Assembly: GCA_963666565.1 (NCBI GenBank)
Contig: OY762911.1
Span: forward strand, 3,552,001-3,616,000
Direction of reading: 5' to 3'
Length of the DNA: 64,000 nucleotides
DNA from: Thermoanaerobaculia bacterium
Lineage (GTDB): Bacteria > Acidobacteriota > Thermoanaerobaculia > Multivoradales > Multivoraceae
Shown here: positions 23,156-32,597 of the stretch, in pieces
Position numbering within the stretch: the first letter of the stretch is position 1
Layout: the number at the start of each line of letters is the position of its first letter
Notes under the pieces: generated by a model
What the model saw: the letters and a program-made list of their open reading frames with translations, nothing else
Database searches by the model: none
What the model was told of the DNA's origin: nothing
Program-made: the position numbers and the translations under genes

Positions 23156-23698
23156 ATGACCGTCTCCGAACCGACTCCCGCCCCGGAACGAGCCGCCGGG
23201 CCCTCCGCACCGCCCGATCTCGGCGTTCGCGCCGCGGAAGAGCGCTTCATCGAAGCGATGGGGCTCGCGCACGAGGAAGACCGCCTGCCCCGGATCGCGG
23301 GCCGCCTGGTCGGCCTCCTCATCCTCTCGCCGGAACCCGTCCGCTTCGACCTGCTGGCCGAGCGCCTGCGCGTCAGCCGCGCCAGCATCAGCACGAACAC
23401 CCGCCTGCTGGAGAACATGGGCGTCATCCACCGCGTGACCCGGCCGGGCGACCGCCGCGACTACTTCCGGATCAACGAGGAACCGGGCCTGCTGCTGCGA
23501 ATCGCCGACCGCTACCGCGCCCGCCAGGCCGACGCGGAGGAGATGAAGCAGGCGCTCCTGGCGAAGGCTGGAAGCGCGGTCGTCGTCGAGCGCCTGGAGG
23601 GGCTCGTCCGCTTCTACTCCGCCCTCGCCGACAGCCTCCACCGCATGCTCGCCGCGATGGACGGCGGCAGGGACGCCTCCCGCTCCGGCGCGACGTAG
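23156..23698 (+). CDS. GbsR/MarR-family transcriptional regulator
   Basis: LPRIAGRL, LRVSRASISTNTRLL, PGDRRDYF motifs. Confidence 0.88.
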   Translation: MTVSEPTPAPERAAGPSAPPDLGVRAAEERFIEAMGLAHEEDRLPRIAGRLVGLLILSPEPVRFDLLAERLRVSRASISTNTRLLENMGVIHRVTRPGDRRDYFRINEEPGLLLRIADRYRARQADAEEMKQALLAKAGSAVVVERLEGLVRFYSALADSLHRMLAAMDGGRDASRSGAT

Positions 23699-23753
23699 AC
23701 GACGTAGCCGGCGCGAACCGCGGAACCGACGAACCGAAGAGAGCGACGAACTC

Positions 23754-25118
23754 ATGGCCACAACTCAGCAACCCACCGGAGAAGCAGCCGCCCGGGCGGC
23801 CGCTTCGCCCCGCGCGACGCCGCATGCCCACGGCGGCGGCAGCTTCGACCCGGGCCACCCGCACGCGCACGCCCATATCCACGCCGCGGCCAGGCGCCCC
23901 CGCCGGATCAGCGGCCCGCAGATCGCGGGTCTCGCGGTCGCGGGGCTCGTGCTGGTGACGGCCGTGCTCGCCTTCGGCCTCTGGCCCCAGGGGCGGGCCG
24001 GCGCCGCCGCGGGCGATCCCGCGATGTCGCAGGCGGTGCCGGTGCGCGCCGTCGCCGCCCGGCGCGGACACCTCTCCGTGCGCACGGCCTACTCCGGCGA
24101 ACTCGTCGGCGAGGTCTCCGACATCGCGCCCCAGGTCTCGGGGCTCCTGACCGACGTGCCGGCGCGAATCGGCCAACGCGTCGCCGCCGGCACGGTGCTC
24201 GCCGTCATCGCCGACATCGAGGTGAGGAACCAGTTGCAGGAGGCGCGCGGCCAGCTCGGCGTCGCCGAGGCGAACCGCGACCGCGCCGCCGCCGAACTCG
24301 CCGGCGTCGAGGCGGACTACCAGCGGGCGATGGAGCTCTACGGCCAGGGCCTGCTCTCCGAGCAGGAGCAGCAGCAGGTCAGTTCCCAGTACGCGACGAC
24401 GAAGGCGAACCTGGCCGCCGGCGACGCCCAGGTCCAGCAGTCCGCCGCCCGCGAGGCGCTGCTCGCCGAGCAGTTCGCGAACACCCGGGTGCGGGCGCCG
24501 TTCGACGCCGTCGTCTCCGACCGCTATCTCGACCGCGGCGCCCTGGTCCAGCCGGGTACGCCGATCCTCCGCCTCGTCGAGGAAGCGCCGCTCCTGGTCC
24601 AGTTCCGGGTCCCGGAACGCGATCTCGCCGCGGTCCAGACCGGCGCCGCCTTCAGCGTGGCCACCGAGGCCACCGGCGAGCGGACCTTCTCCGGCATCGT
24701 GCGCCGCGTCGCCGGCGAGGTCCGGCGCAACGACCGCACCGTGCTCGTCGAGGGCGAGCTCGCCGAGACGGCCGATCTGCTCCTGCCCGGCATGTACGCC
24801 GACGTCTCCGTCAGCCTGCGCGACCTGGACGACGCCCTGATCGTGCCGGGCGCCGCCCTGCTGGAACGGGTGGCCATGGACGGCGAACGGTCCACGGGCG
24901 TCATGGTGCCGGTCGACGGCCTCGCCCAGTGGCGCGCCGTCACCGTCGCCGGCCGCTCCGGCGAGTACAGCGCGATCGCCGGACCGATCGAGGCGGGCGA
25001 ACTCGTGCTGACGATGGGCCACAACCAGCTCGGACACGGCGCTCCGGTGCGGGTCGTGCGCAACGAACCCCAACCGTCGGAAACACAGCCCTCCCCCGCC
25101 GGCGCCGCCGGCTTCTGA
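23754..25118 (+). CDS. RND efflux periplasmic adaptor (MFP) with His-rich N-terminus
   Basis: TM anchor, lipoyl-like halves (APQVSG...RAPFDAVV), LLPGMYA motif. Confidence 0.9.
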   Translation: MATTQQPTGEAAARAAASPRATPHAHGGGSFDPGHPHAHAHIHAAARRPRRISGPQIAGLAVAGLVLVTAVLAFGLWPQGRAGAAAGDPAMSQAVPVRAVAARRGHLSVRTAYSGELVGEVSDIAPQVSGLLTDVPARIGQRVAAGTVLAVIADIEVRNQLQEARGQLGVAEANRDRAAAELAGVEADYQRAMELYGQGLLSEQEQQQVSSQYATTKANLAAGDAQVQQSAAREALLAEQFANTRVRAPFDAVVSDRYLDRGALVQPGTPILRLVEEAPLLVQFRVPERDLAAVQTGAAFSVATEATGERTFSGIVRRVAGEVRRNDRTVLVEGELAETADLLLPGMYADVSVSLRDLDDALIVPGAALLERVAMDGERSTGVMVPVDGLAQWRAVTVAGRSGEYSAIAGPIEAGELVLTMGHNQLGHGAPVRVVRNEPQPSETQPSPAGAAGF

Positions 25119-25126
25119 GGCCCGCC

Positions 25127-28100
25127 ATGAACCTCCCCCGCCTCTCGGCCAACCGCCCGGTCGGCGTGACGATGCTCTACGTGTGCGTCGTCGTGCTCGG
25201 CCTCGTCGCCGTCCGCCAGCTCGCCGTCGACCTGATGCCCGAGGTCGACATGCCCCGCATCTCCATCACCACGACCTACGAAGGCGTGGCGCCGGAGGAG
25301 ATGGAGAGCCTGATCACCCGCCCGGTCGAGCAGGCCCTGTCGACCGTCACCGGCCTCGACCAGTTGAACTCGATGTCGGCCGAGGGCATGAGCAGCATCC
25401 AGGCCCAGTTCGACTGGGGCGTCGACCTGAACGAAGTGGTGAACGACATCCGCGAGCAGCTCGACTTCGTGCGCGGCATGCTGCCGGAGGACGCCTCGGA
25501 ACCGACCCTGTTCAAGTTCAACCTCTCCGACATGCCGGTCGTCTTCCTCGGCCTCTCCGGCCAGGGCGACGCGCGCCAGGTACGCCACCTGGCCGAACAG
25601 ACGATCAGCCGGCGGCTGGAACGCCTCCCCGGCGTCGCCTCCGTGGAAGTCCAGGGCGGCCGGGTGCGGGAGATCCAGGTCCAGCTCGCCGCCGACCGGA
25701 TGGCGGCGCTCGGCGTTACCCCCGGCGAAGTCACCCTGGCCCTGTCCCGCGAGAACCGCAACGTCTCGGCGGGCGACATGCTGGAGACGGGCCGCGAGGT
25801 ACTGATCCGCGCCATCGGCGAGTTCGAGCGCAAGATCGACGTCGAGAACACGATCGTCGCCGTCCGCGACGGCCGGCCGATCCTGGTGCGCGACGTGGCG
25901 CGGGTCGACGACGGCATCCGCGAACTGACGAACGAGCTGTGGATCAACGGCACGCCGGGCATGCGGATGTACGTGATGAAGCAGTCCGGCTCGAACACGG
26001 TCGAGGTCGTGGACCGGCTGAAGCGCGAGATCGACGCGATCAACCGCGACTACGCCGGCCGCGCCGAGATCGCCATCCTCATGGACGGCGCGGAGTTCAT
26101 TCGCCAGGCGGTGAACAACGTCCAGATGGGGGCGCTGTTCGGCGCCGTGCTGGCCGTGCTCGTACTCATGTTCTTCCTGCGCGACATGCGGGCGACCCTG
26201 ATCGTGGGCGCCGCGATTCCGATCTCGGTGCTGGCGACGATCGCCCTGATGTACTTCAACGGCTTCACGCTGAACGTGATCTCCCTGGCCGGCATCGCGC
26301 TCGGCGTCGGCATGCTGGTGGACGGCTCGATCGTGGTTCTCGAGAGCATCTATCGCCGGCTGCACGAGGGCGAACGGCCCACCGCCGCCGCCATCGCCGG
26401 CAGCAACGAGGTGGCGATGGCGATCGCCGCCGGCACCCTGACCACGGTGGCCGTCTTCCTGCCGGTGGTCTTCATCTCCGGGTTCGCCGGCATCTTCTTC
26501 AACCAGTTGGCGGTCACGGTCAGCTTCGCTCTGCTCTGCGCCCTGTTCGTCGCCCTCACGCTCATTCCGGCCGCCGCCGCCCGCTGGCTGCGCGAGGTGC
26601 CAAAGAGCCGCCAGGTCGACGACGAGTGCGTCGCCGCTCTCGGGCCGGTCGACATGGCCTACGGCCGGACGATCGAGTGGGCTCTCGGCAGGCCCGGCAC
26701 GGTGATGGCCACGGCCGTCGTCCTCCTGCTCGGTTCCTTCGCCCTGGTGCCCGTCATCGGCCTCGAACTGATGCCCGAGAGCGACGAGGGCCGGCTCAAC
26801 ATGCAGGTGGAGATGCCCGTGGGCGCTCCGCTCGAGACGACCACCGGCACGATGGAGGAGATCGAGGCCCGGGTCCGCGGCGCTCTCCGTCCCGGCGAAC
26901 TCGACAGCCTGATCACGACCGCCGGTCCCGAGAGCTGGTGGCGGCCCGCTCAATCCAACCAGGGGACCATGGAGATCCTGCTCACTCCGCTGACCGAACG
27001 GAGTCGCGGCCAGGAAGAGATCCTCGCGTCGATCCGCCACGCCATCGCCGACGTGCCGGCGGCCCAGATGCAGCTCTACGCCTCGTCCAGCAACATGATG
27101 ATGCGCATGATGCGCGGCGGACAGGACGCCCGCCTGGTGGTCGAGATCCGCGGCCACGACCTCGACCAGGGCGACGAACTCGCCCGGCGCGTGATCGACG
27201 CGATGGCCGCGATCCCCGGGGTCGTCCACCCCCGGCTCGACCGCGAATCCGGCCAGCTCGAGCGGACCCTGCGGGTCGATCGGGCGCGGCTGGCCGAACT
27301 GGGTCTCAACGGCAGCCAGGTCGCCGACGCCGTCGAGCACTACATCCTCGGCCGGGTGGCCACGAAGTTCCGCGACCAGGGCGACGAGTTCGACATCCGG
27401 GTCCAGCTCCGGCCCGAGGACCGGCTGCGGCTCGAGCAGTTGCCGCAACTGCCCATCGTCACGCCGCGCGGCGACATCGTGCCGCTGGGTTCGATCGCCA
27501 CGATCGACCCGGGCGAGGGGCCCCTGTCCATCAACCGGGAGAACCAGGAGCGCTACATGCAGGTTCTCGCCGGCATCGACGGCGTCCGGTTCAGCGACGC
27601 CGCGAGCGCCGTGGAGGCGGCCCTGGCGCGGGTCGAGACCCCCTACGGCTTCACCGTCGAGATGGGCGGCGAGCTGGAAGAGCAGCGCCAGGTCTTCGTG
27701 GAACTGCTGATCGGCGTGCTGCTCGCGGTGTTCCTCGTCTACACGGTGATGGCGGTCCAGTTCGAGTCCCTGGTGCAACCGCTCGTCATCATGACCGCGG
27801 TGCCGTTCTCGCTGCTCGGCGTGCTGCTGACCCTGGCGGTCACCGGCACGACCCTGAACATGAACTCCTTCCTCGGCCTGGTGGTTCTCGTCGGCATCGT
27901 GGTCAACAACGCGATCGTCCTGGTGGACAACGTGAACCGCATGCGCCGGGACGTCGGCTGCACCCTCCACGAGGCGCTGATCCGCGGCGGCCGGCGCCGC
28001 CTGCGGCCGATCCTGATGACGACGCTGACCACCGCGCTCGGCCTGCTGCCGCTGACGCTCGGCATCGGCGAGGGCGCGGAGTTGCAGGCGCCGCTGGCCC

Positions 28101-28291
28101 GGGTCGTCGTCGGCGGCCTGCTCGCCTCCACGCTGATCACGCTGATCTTCGTGCCCTCGCTGTACCTCCTGGTCGAGCGCGGCCGGGAACGGCGGCGGGC
28201 CATCCGCGGCCGCCGCAAGGCGGCCCTCAAAGCCGGCATGCATCTCCCGCAGGGCGCGCCGGCGATGCAGCGCTCCCGCGTCCAGGTCTGA
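25127..28291 (+). CDS. RND efflux permease (AcrB/MdtBC-like)
   Basis: GMLVDGSIVVLE, GIVVNNAIVLVD, RLRPILMTTLTT motifs; about 1054 aa. Confidence 0.95.
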   Translation: MNLPRLSANRPVGVTMLYVCVVVLGLVAVRQLAVDLMPEVDMPRISITTTYEGVAPEEMESLITRPVEQALSTVTGLDQLNSMSAEGMSSIQAQFDWGVDLNEVVNDIREQLDFVRGMLPEDASEPTLFKFNLSDMPVVFLGLSGQGDARQVRHLAEQTISRRLERLPGVASVEVQGGRVREIQVQLAADRMAALGVTPGEVTLALSRENRNVSAGDMLETGREVLIRAIGEFERKIDVENTIVAVRDGRPILVRDVARVDDGIRELTNELWINGTPGMRMYVMKQSGSNTVEVVDRLKREIDAINRDYAGRAEIAILMDGAEFIRQAVNNVQMGALFGAVLAVLVLMFFLRDMRATLIVGAAIPISVLATIALMYFNGFTLNVISLAGIALGVGMLVDGSIVVLESIYRRLHEGERPTAAAIAGSNEVAMAIAAGTLTTVAVFLPVVFISGFAGIFFNQLAVTVSFALLCALFVALTLIPAAAARWLREVPKSRQVDDECVAALGPVDMAYGRTIEWALGRPGTVMATAVVLLLGSFALVPVIGLELMPESDEGRLNMQVEMPVGAPLETTTGTMEEIEARVRGALRPGELDSLITTAGPESWWRPAQSNQGTMEILLTPLTERSRGQEEILASIRHAIADVPAAQMQLYASSSNMMMRMMRGGQDARLVVEIRGHDLDQGDELARRVIDAMAAIPGVVHPRLDRESGQLERTLRVDRARLAELGLNGSQVADAVEHYILGRVATKFRDQGDEFDIRVQLRPEDRLRLEQLPQLPIVTPRGDIVPLGSIATIDPGEGPLSINRENQERYMQVLAGIDGVRFSDAASAVEAALARVETPYGFTVEMGGELEEQRQVFVELLIGVLLAVFLVYTVMAVQFESLVQPLVIMTAVPFSLLGVLLTLAVTGTTLNMNSFLGLVVLVGIVVNNAIVLVDNVNRMRRDVGCTLHEALIRGGRRRLRPILMTTLTTALGLLPLTLGIGEGAELQAPLARVVVGGLLASTLITLIFVPSLYLLVERGRERRRAIRGRRKAALKAGMHLPQGAPAMQRSRVQV

Positions 28292-28434
28292 GGGAAGCGC
28301 CGGCCTGACGGCCGGCGGGTCTTTCCGCGCCTTCGGCGGCAGCCGGCCGAAGGGCCGGCGGACCGACACGCGGCCCGTTCCCTGCGGGACAGCGCGGCCC
28401 CACGGCTGCGAACGCTGCTAGTCTGGACCGCGAC

Positions 28435-28959
28435 ATGACCGTTCGCGCGGCGCCCGCTGGCCAGCCCACCAACAGGCAACGGCGCCGGTTTCTCGCCTGG
28501 GCCTCGCGCGCCGCGATGGCGGCCGGTCTGCTGGGAGGCTACGGCGCCTTCGGCGCGATCCTGGGCCGCTTCCTCTACCCCGCCGGACGATCCGGCCTCG
28601 TCTGGCAGTTCGTCGCGCCGGCGGACCGCCTCGCCGTCGGCGACAGTCTCGCCTACACGACTCCGGCCGGCGCGGTGGTTCACGTCGTCCGCCGAGCCGG
28701 CGCCGGCCGGAGCGACGACTTCACCGCGCTGTCCAGCGTCTGCCCCCACCTCGGCTGCAACGTCCAATGGCAGCCGCGGGAGAACCGCTACTTCTGCCCG
28801 TGCCACAACGGCGCGTTCGACGCCGACGGCCAGGGCATCGCGGGACCGCCGGGCGACGAGCGCATGGCGCTGTCGAGCTATCCGCTGGAGGTGAGGAAGG
28901 GGATGCTCTTCATCCAGGTCGAGGCGGCGAGGCTCGTGAACCCGGACCGCCGCTCGTGA
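28435..28959 (+). CDS. Rieske [2Fe-2S] subunit (Tat-anchored)
   Basis: RRRFL twin-Arg signal, CPHLGC and CPCHNG boxes. Confidence 0.95.
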   Translation: MTVRAAPAGQPTNRQRRRFLAWASRAAMAAGLLGGYGAFGAILGRFLYPAGRSGLVWQFVAPADRLAVGDSLAYTTPAGAVVHVVRRAGAGRSDDFTALSSVCPHLGCNVQWQPRENRYFCPCHNGAFDADGQGIAGPPGDERMALSSYPLEVRKGMLFIQVEAARLVNPDRRS

Positions 28960-30005
28960 GCGCGTTGCGGCGCTTCTTCGGCGAACGCATCCCCATCGCC
29001 CCCGGCGACCTGCGCGAACTGACGAACGAGCCGGTCCCCTGGCACCTCAAGCGCTGGTGGTTCGCTCTCGGCGGCACGCCCGCCTACCTGTTCGTCGTTC
29101 AGGTCGTCACCGGCATCCTGCTCGCGTTCTACTACCAGCCCCACCCGTCGACCGCCTGGGAATCGGTCCGCTTCGTCACCGAAGAGGCCGCGTTCGGCTG
29201 GTATCTCCGAAGCGTCCACAAGTGGGCGGCGACGCTGATGATCGCCGCCGTCGTGCTGCACCAGATGCGGGTCTACTTCACCGGCGCCTACCGCAAGCCG
29301 CGGGAACTGAACTGGATGGTGGGCATGCTGCTCCTCGTCTGCACGCTGATGCTCGGCTTCACCGGCTACAGCCTGGCGTTCGAGCAACTGAGCTACTGGG
29401 GCGCCACGGTGTCCGCCAACATCGCCGACACGGTCCCGCTGGCTGGCGGCTTCCTCAAGCGCATGCTGCTCGCCGGCGAGGCCTACAACGAGCGCACCCT
29501 GGCCCGCTTCTTCGTCCTCCACGCCGCGGTTCTGCCGGGTTTCCTGGTCGCGCTGATCGCCGTGCATATCGCGCTCGTGCGGCTTCAGGGGGTCACCGAA
29601 CTCCGGTTCCGGGACGAACCGCCGGGCGAAGACCGCAAGTTCCCCTTCATCCCCGACCATCTCTACACCGAACTGATCGTCGGTCTGGTGCTGATGGTCG
29701 CGCTCAGCGCCCTGGCAACGCTGGCGCCGGCCACCATGGGCCCGATCGCCGACCCCCTGACCACGCCGGAGGAGATCAAGCCGGAGTGGTACTTCTACGT
29801 CACCTTTCGCTGGCTCAAGCTGATGGGCGGCACCGCGGCGGTGCTCAGCATGGGCCTGATCGTCTTCGTCATGTTCGCGTGGCCGTTCATCGACGCCCGG
29901 TTCCGGTGCCGCGCCCGCCTGAGAGAGGCGAGCGTCTGGATCGGAGTGGCGGCGACGCTCCTGATCGTCGGGATGACGATCTGGGAAGCCGTGGCGCCGC
30001 ATTGA
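28956..30005 (+). CDS. Cytochrome b (b6 + subunit IV fused) of a Rieske/cyt b complex
   Basis: Four His ligands (SVHKW, VLHQM, VLHAA, AVHIA), GFTGYSL and KPEWYF motifs; GTGA overlap with the Rieske stop. Confidence 0.95.
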   Translation: MSALRRFFGERIPIAPGDLRELTNEPVPWHLKRWWFALGGTPAYLFVVQVVTGILLAFYYQPHPSTAWESVRFVTEEAAFGWYLRSVHKWAATLMIAAVVLHQMRVYFTGAYRKPRELNWMVGMLLLVCTLMLGFTGYSLAFEQLSYWGATVSANIADTVPLAGGFLKRMLLAGEAYNERTLARFFVLHAAVLPGFLVALIAVHIALVRLQGVTELRFRDEPPGEDRKFPFIPDHLYTELIVGLVLMVALSALATLAPATMGPIADPLTTPEEIKPEWYFYVTFRWLKLMGGTAAVLSMGLIVFVMFAWPFIDARFRCRARLREASVWIGVAATLLIVGMTIWEAVAPH

Positions 30006-30027
30006 GCGACCTGGAGGACCGTTCGCC

Positions 30028-31677
30028 ATGACTCTGGAAACGAAACGCATCGTCATCGGAAGCCTGGGCGCCCTGTTCCTGATCTCCCTGGTCTTCGTCC
30101 AGCGGCTGGAGACGATCCGCCGCGCCGAGGAAGCGGGCCTCCGTCCCGCGCGCGTCGCGGCGCCGGCGAGTTCCGCCGCCTGCGTGGAATGCCACCGGGA
30201 GGCGAACCCGGGGATCGTCGAGCACTGGCGCGGGAGCACGCACGCGGAGAAGGGCGTCGGCTGTGTCGAGTGCCACCGGGCGGTCGCGGAGGACGCGGAC
30301 AGCCACCGCCACTACGGCTTCACGATCGCCACCGTCGTCACGCCCCGCGACTGCGCGGCGTGCCACCCCGCCGAGGCCGACGAGTTCGCCCACAGCCACC
30401 ACGCCAGGGGCGGCGACATTCTGGCTTCGCTCGACAACTTCCTGGCCGAGACGGTCGAGGGCGCCACCCAACCGTTCGACCCGCACTCGCCGACGCCGGG
30501 CCGGCCGACGGCGCCCGTGAACGGCATGGCGAGCGCCTTCCTGGGCTGTCTCCAGTGCCACGGCTCGAAGGTCGGCCTGCAGGCGACCGACGGCGGCACG
30601 GTCACCGTGGACGACCTGCGGCCGGACGAGAACGGCCTGCCCACCGACGCCGAGACTCTCGACCGCATCCTGCGCAACCAGGACGGACGGCCGCTGTTCG
30701 ACCCCGGCACCTGGCCCAACACGGGCATCGGCCGGCTGAACCTGGACGGCTCGCGCGGTTCCTGCGGCGCCTGCCACAGCCGCCACGACTTCTCGCCGCG
30801 GCGCGCGCGCCAGCCCGAGAACTGCGGCAAGTGCCACCTCGGCCCCGACCATCCGCAGAAGGAGATCTACGAGGAGTCCAAGCACGGCGTGGCCTACCGC
30901 GACCTGCGCGACGCGATGAACCTCGACGCCGAGGACTGGGTGCTCGGCGAGGACTACAGCGCCGCTCCCACCTGCGCTACCTGCCACATGTCGGGCCACA
31001 CCCGCAACGACGGCCGGATCACCCACGACCCCGGCCGGCGCATCTCGTGGACGAACCGGCCGCCGGTCAGCCTGCCGATGGACACCGACGCCGAGCACCG
31101 GATCGTCACCGCCGCCGATCCGGCCGAGCGGCGCGAACGGATCGCCGACACCGCCGAGGCCAAGCGGTCGCGCATGAAGGAGGTCTGCTCCCACTGCCAC
31201 ACGCCGGACTACGTCAACGCCTTCTACCGTCAGTACGACGACTTCGTGACCCTCTACAACGAGAAGTTCGCCAAGCCGGGACGGGCGATCATGGCCGCCC
31301 TGCTCGAACAGGGCCTCCGCAGCCCGACCCAGTTCGACGAGGAGATCGAGTGGACCTGGTTCTACCTCTGGCACCACGAAGGCCGCCGCGCCCGCCACGG
31401 CGCCTCGATGATGGCGCCGGACTACGCGCATTGGCACGGCATGTTCGAGGTAGCGGAACGCTTCTACATGGAGCTGATCCCGCAGGCGCGCGAACTCGCC
31501 GACCACGCCGCGGCCGCGGGCCGCAACCGGCAGGCCGGGGCCGTACGGAACGTCATCGACTCCATCCTCGCCCGGCCCGAACACGCCTGGTTCGAAGGCG
31601 GCGCGGAAGCCGAGTCGTCCCGCATCCGCGAGGCGATGGCGGAGCGCTACGGAGGGTCGCCCGGCGAACCGCCCTAG
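30028..31677 (+). CDS. HAO-family octaheme cytochrome c, N-terminally membrane-anchored
   Basis: Eight CxxCH motifs, CGKCHLGPDHPQKEIYEESKHG, APTCATCHM, GASMMAPDYAHWHG. Confidence 0.9.
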   Translation: MTLETKRIVIGSLGALFLISLVFVQRLETIRRAEEAGLRPARVAAPASSAACVECHREANPGIVEHWRGSTHAEKGVGCVECHRAVAEDADSHRHYGFTIATVVTPRDCAACHPAEADEFAHSHHARGGDILASLDNFLAETVEGATQPFDPHSPTPGRPTAPVNGMASAFLGCLQCHGSKVGLQATDGGTVTVDDLRPDENGLPTDAETLDRILRNQDGRPLFDPGTWPNTGIGRLNLDGSRGSCGACHSRHDFSPRRARQPENCGKCHLGPDHPQKEIYEESKHGVAYRDLRDAMNLDAEDWVLGEDYSAAPTCATCHMSGHTRNDGRITHDPGRRISWTNRPPVSLPMDTDAEHRIVTAADPAERRERIADTAEAKRSRMKEVCSHCHTPDYVNAFYRQYDDFVTLYNEKFAKPGRAIMAALLEQGLRSPTQFDEEIEWTWFYLWHHEGRRARHGASMMAPDYAHWHGMFEVAERFYMELIPQARELADHAAAAGRNRQAGAVRNVIDSILARPEHAWFEGGAEAESSRIREAMAERYGGSPGEPP

Positions 31678-31751
31678 GCTCACGGCGATCCGAATGGTCA
31701 ACCGGGAGGCCAAGCCTGCTTCGACCTGTGCCCTCTGCTACGGTCGCCGTC

Positions 31752-32597
31752 ATGAGTGAGCTCGGGAGTCCACCGCTCGGGACCGCCGGGGAAACGGAGC
31801 TACGCACGAACGACACGACCTGCTTCGAGGTCTTCAGGCGGTGTGCAAACGCCGTAGACGTCGGCGAACTCATCCGGTCCGTCAGCGCTCGAGACAAGGA
31901 GTTCCACTTCCAGAACTGGTTCCGAACCCGGCTCGAACAGACCGGTACGCACTTCGACGAAGGAGGGCGTAACAGCTACCCCGACTTCACCATGGTCGAA
32001 CATGCGGAGGGCTACGAGGTCAAGGGGCTGGCGTGGCCGGGCCGCGTGCGCAACTACGACGCCAACAGCCAGATGCCCACCGGTCGCCACAACGGCCGGA
32101 GCATCTTCTACGTCTTCGGACGGTATCCGGCGGACTTGGAGCCGTACCCGGACCGCGGTGGCGGCCGTCAGTACCCGGTCATCGACTTGGTGATGTGCCA
32201 TGGGAGCTTCCTGAACGCCGACCACGAGTACGTCCACAAGAACAAGAGCGTCAAGGGCTTCGGCACCTACGGCGACGTTCTCATCCGCGACCGCAAGATG
32301 TACGTCGCACCGACGCCGTTCGCCCTGACCGAGGGGACGATGGGCCTCATGACGCTCATCGTCCCCGAGAAGATGGCGGCGCCCCACGGACTTCGAGAGG
32401 TTGGCCGCCTCGCTCGCACCGAAGCCGCCGAGCTTGTCGTCGCCTACAGATTCGACCTGCGCACGAACGAACTCGCGGCCGAACGGGTACCCAATCCGCA
32501 CGCCGACGCCGAGCACCGCTTCGTCGCGTACCGGCTCGACGGCCACGCGGCCAAGCGGGTGAGCATGGCGTCGCAAGCTGAGGGCGGCGGAATGTGA
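31752..32597 (+). CDS. Putative PD-(D/E)XK restriction-type endonuclease
   Basis: NSYPDF...GYEVKG catalytic-like motif; GTGA-coupled to a DNA methyltransferase. Confidence 0.6.
   Translation: MSELGSPPLGTAGETELRTNDTTCFEVFRRCANAVDVGELIRSVSARDKEFHFQNWFRTRLEQTGTHFDEGGRNSYPDFTMVEHAEGYEVKGLAWPGRVRNYDANSQMPTGRHNGRSIFYVFGRYPADLEPYPDRGGGRQYPVIDLVMCHGSFLNADHEYVHKNKSVKGFGTYGDVLIRDRKMYVAPTPFALTEGTMGLMTLIVPEKMAAPHGLREVGRLARTEAAELVVAYRFDLRTNELAAERVPNPHADAEHRFVAYRLDGHAAKRVSMASQAEGGGM

Noticed and set aside
28295-28430. GC-rich hairpins resembling family A
   Set aside because: Too degenerate to assign; the 24-bp end is not present.
30028-31677. Evidence for ammonia oxidation or anammox
   Set aside because: No amo, cycA/cycB or hzs genes here; the C-terminal motif looks like the non-cross-linked type.
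30189-31751. 802-aa ORF fusing an upstream region to the nuclease
   Set aside because: The upstream part is an off-frame overlap of the octaheme gene; the plausible protein starts at ATG 31752.
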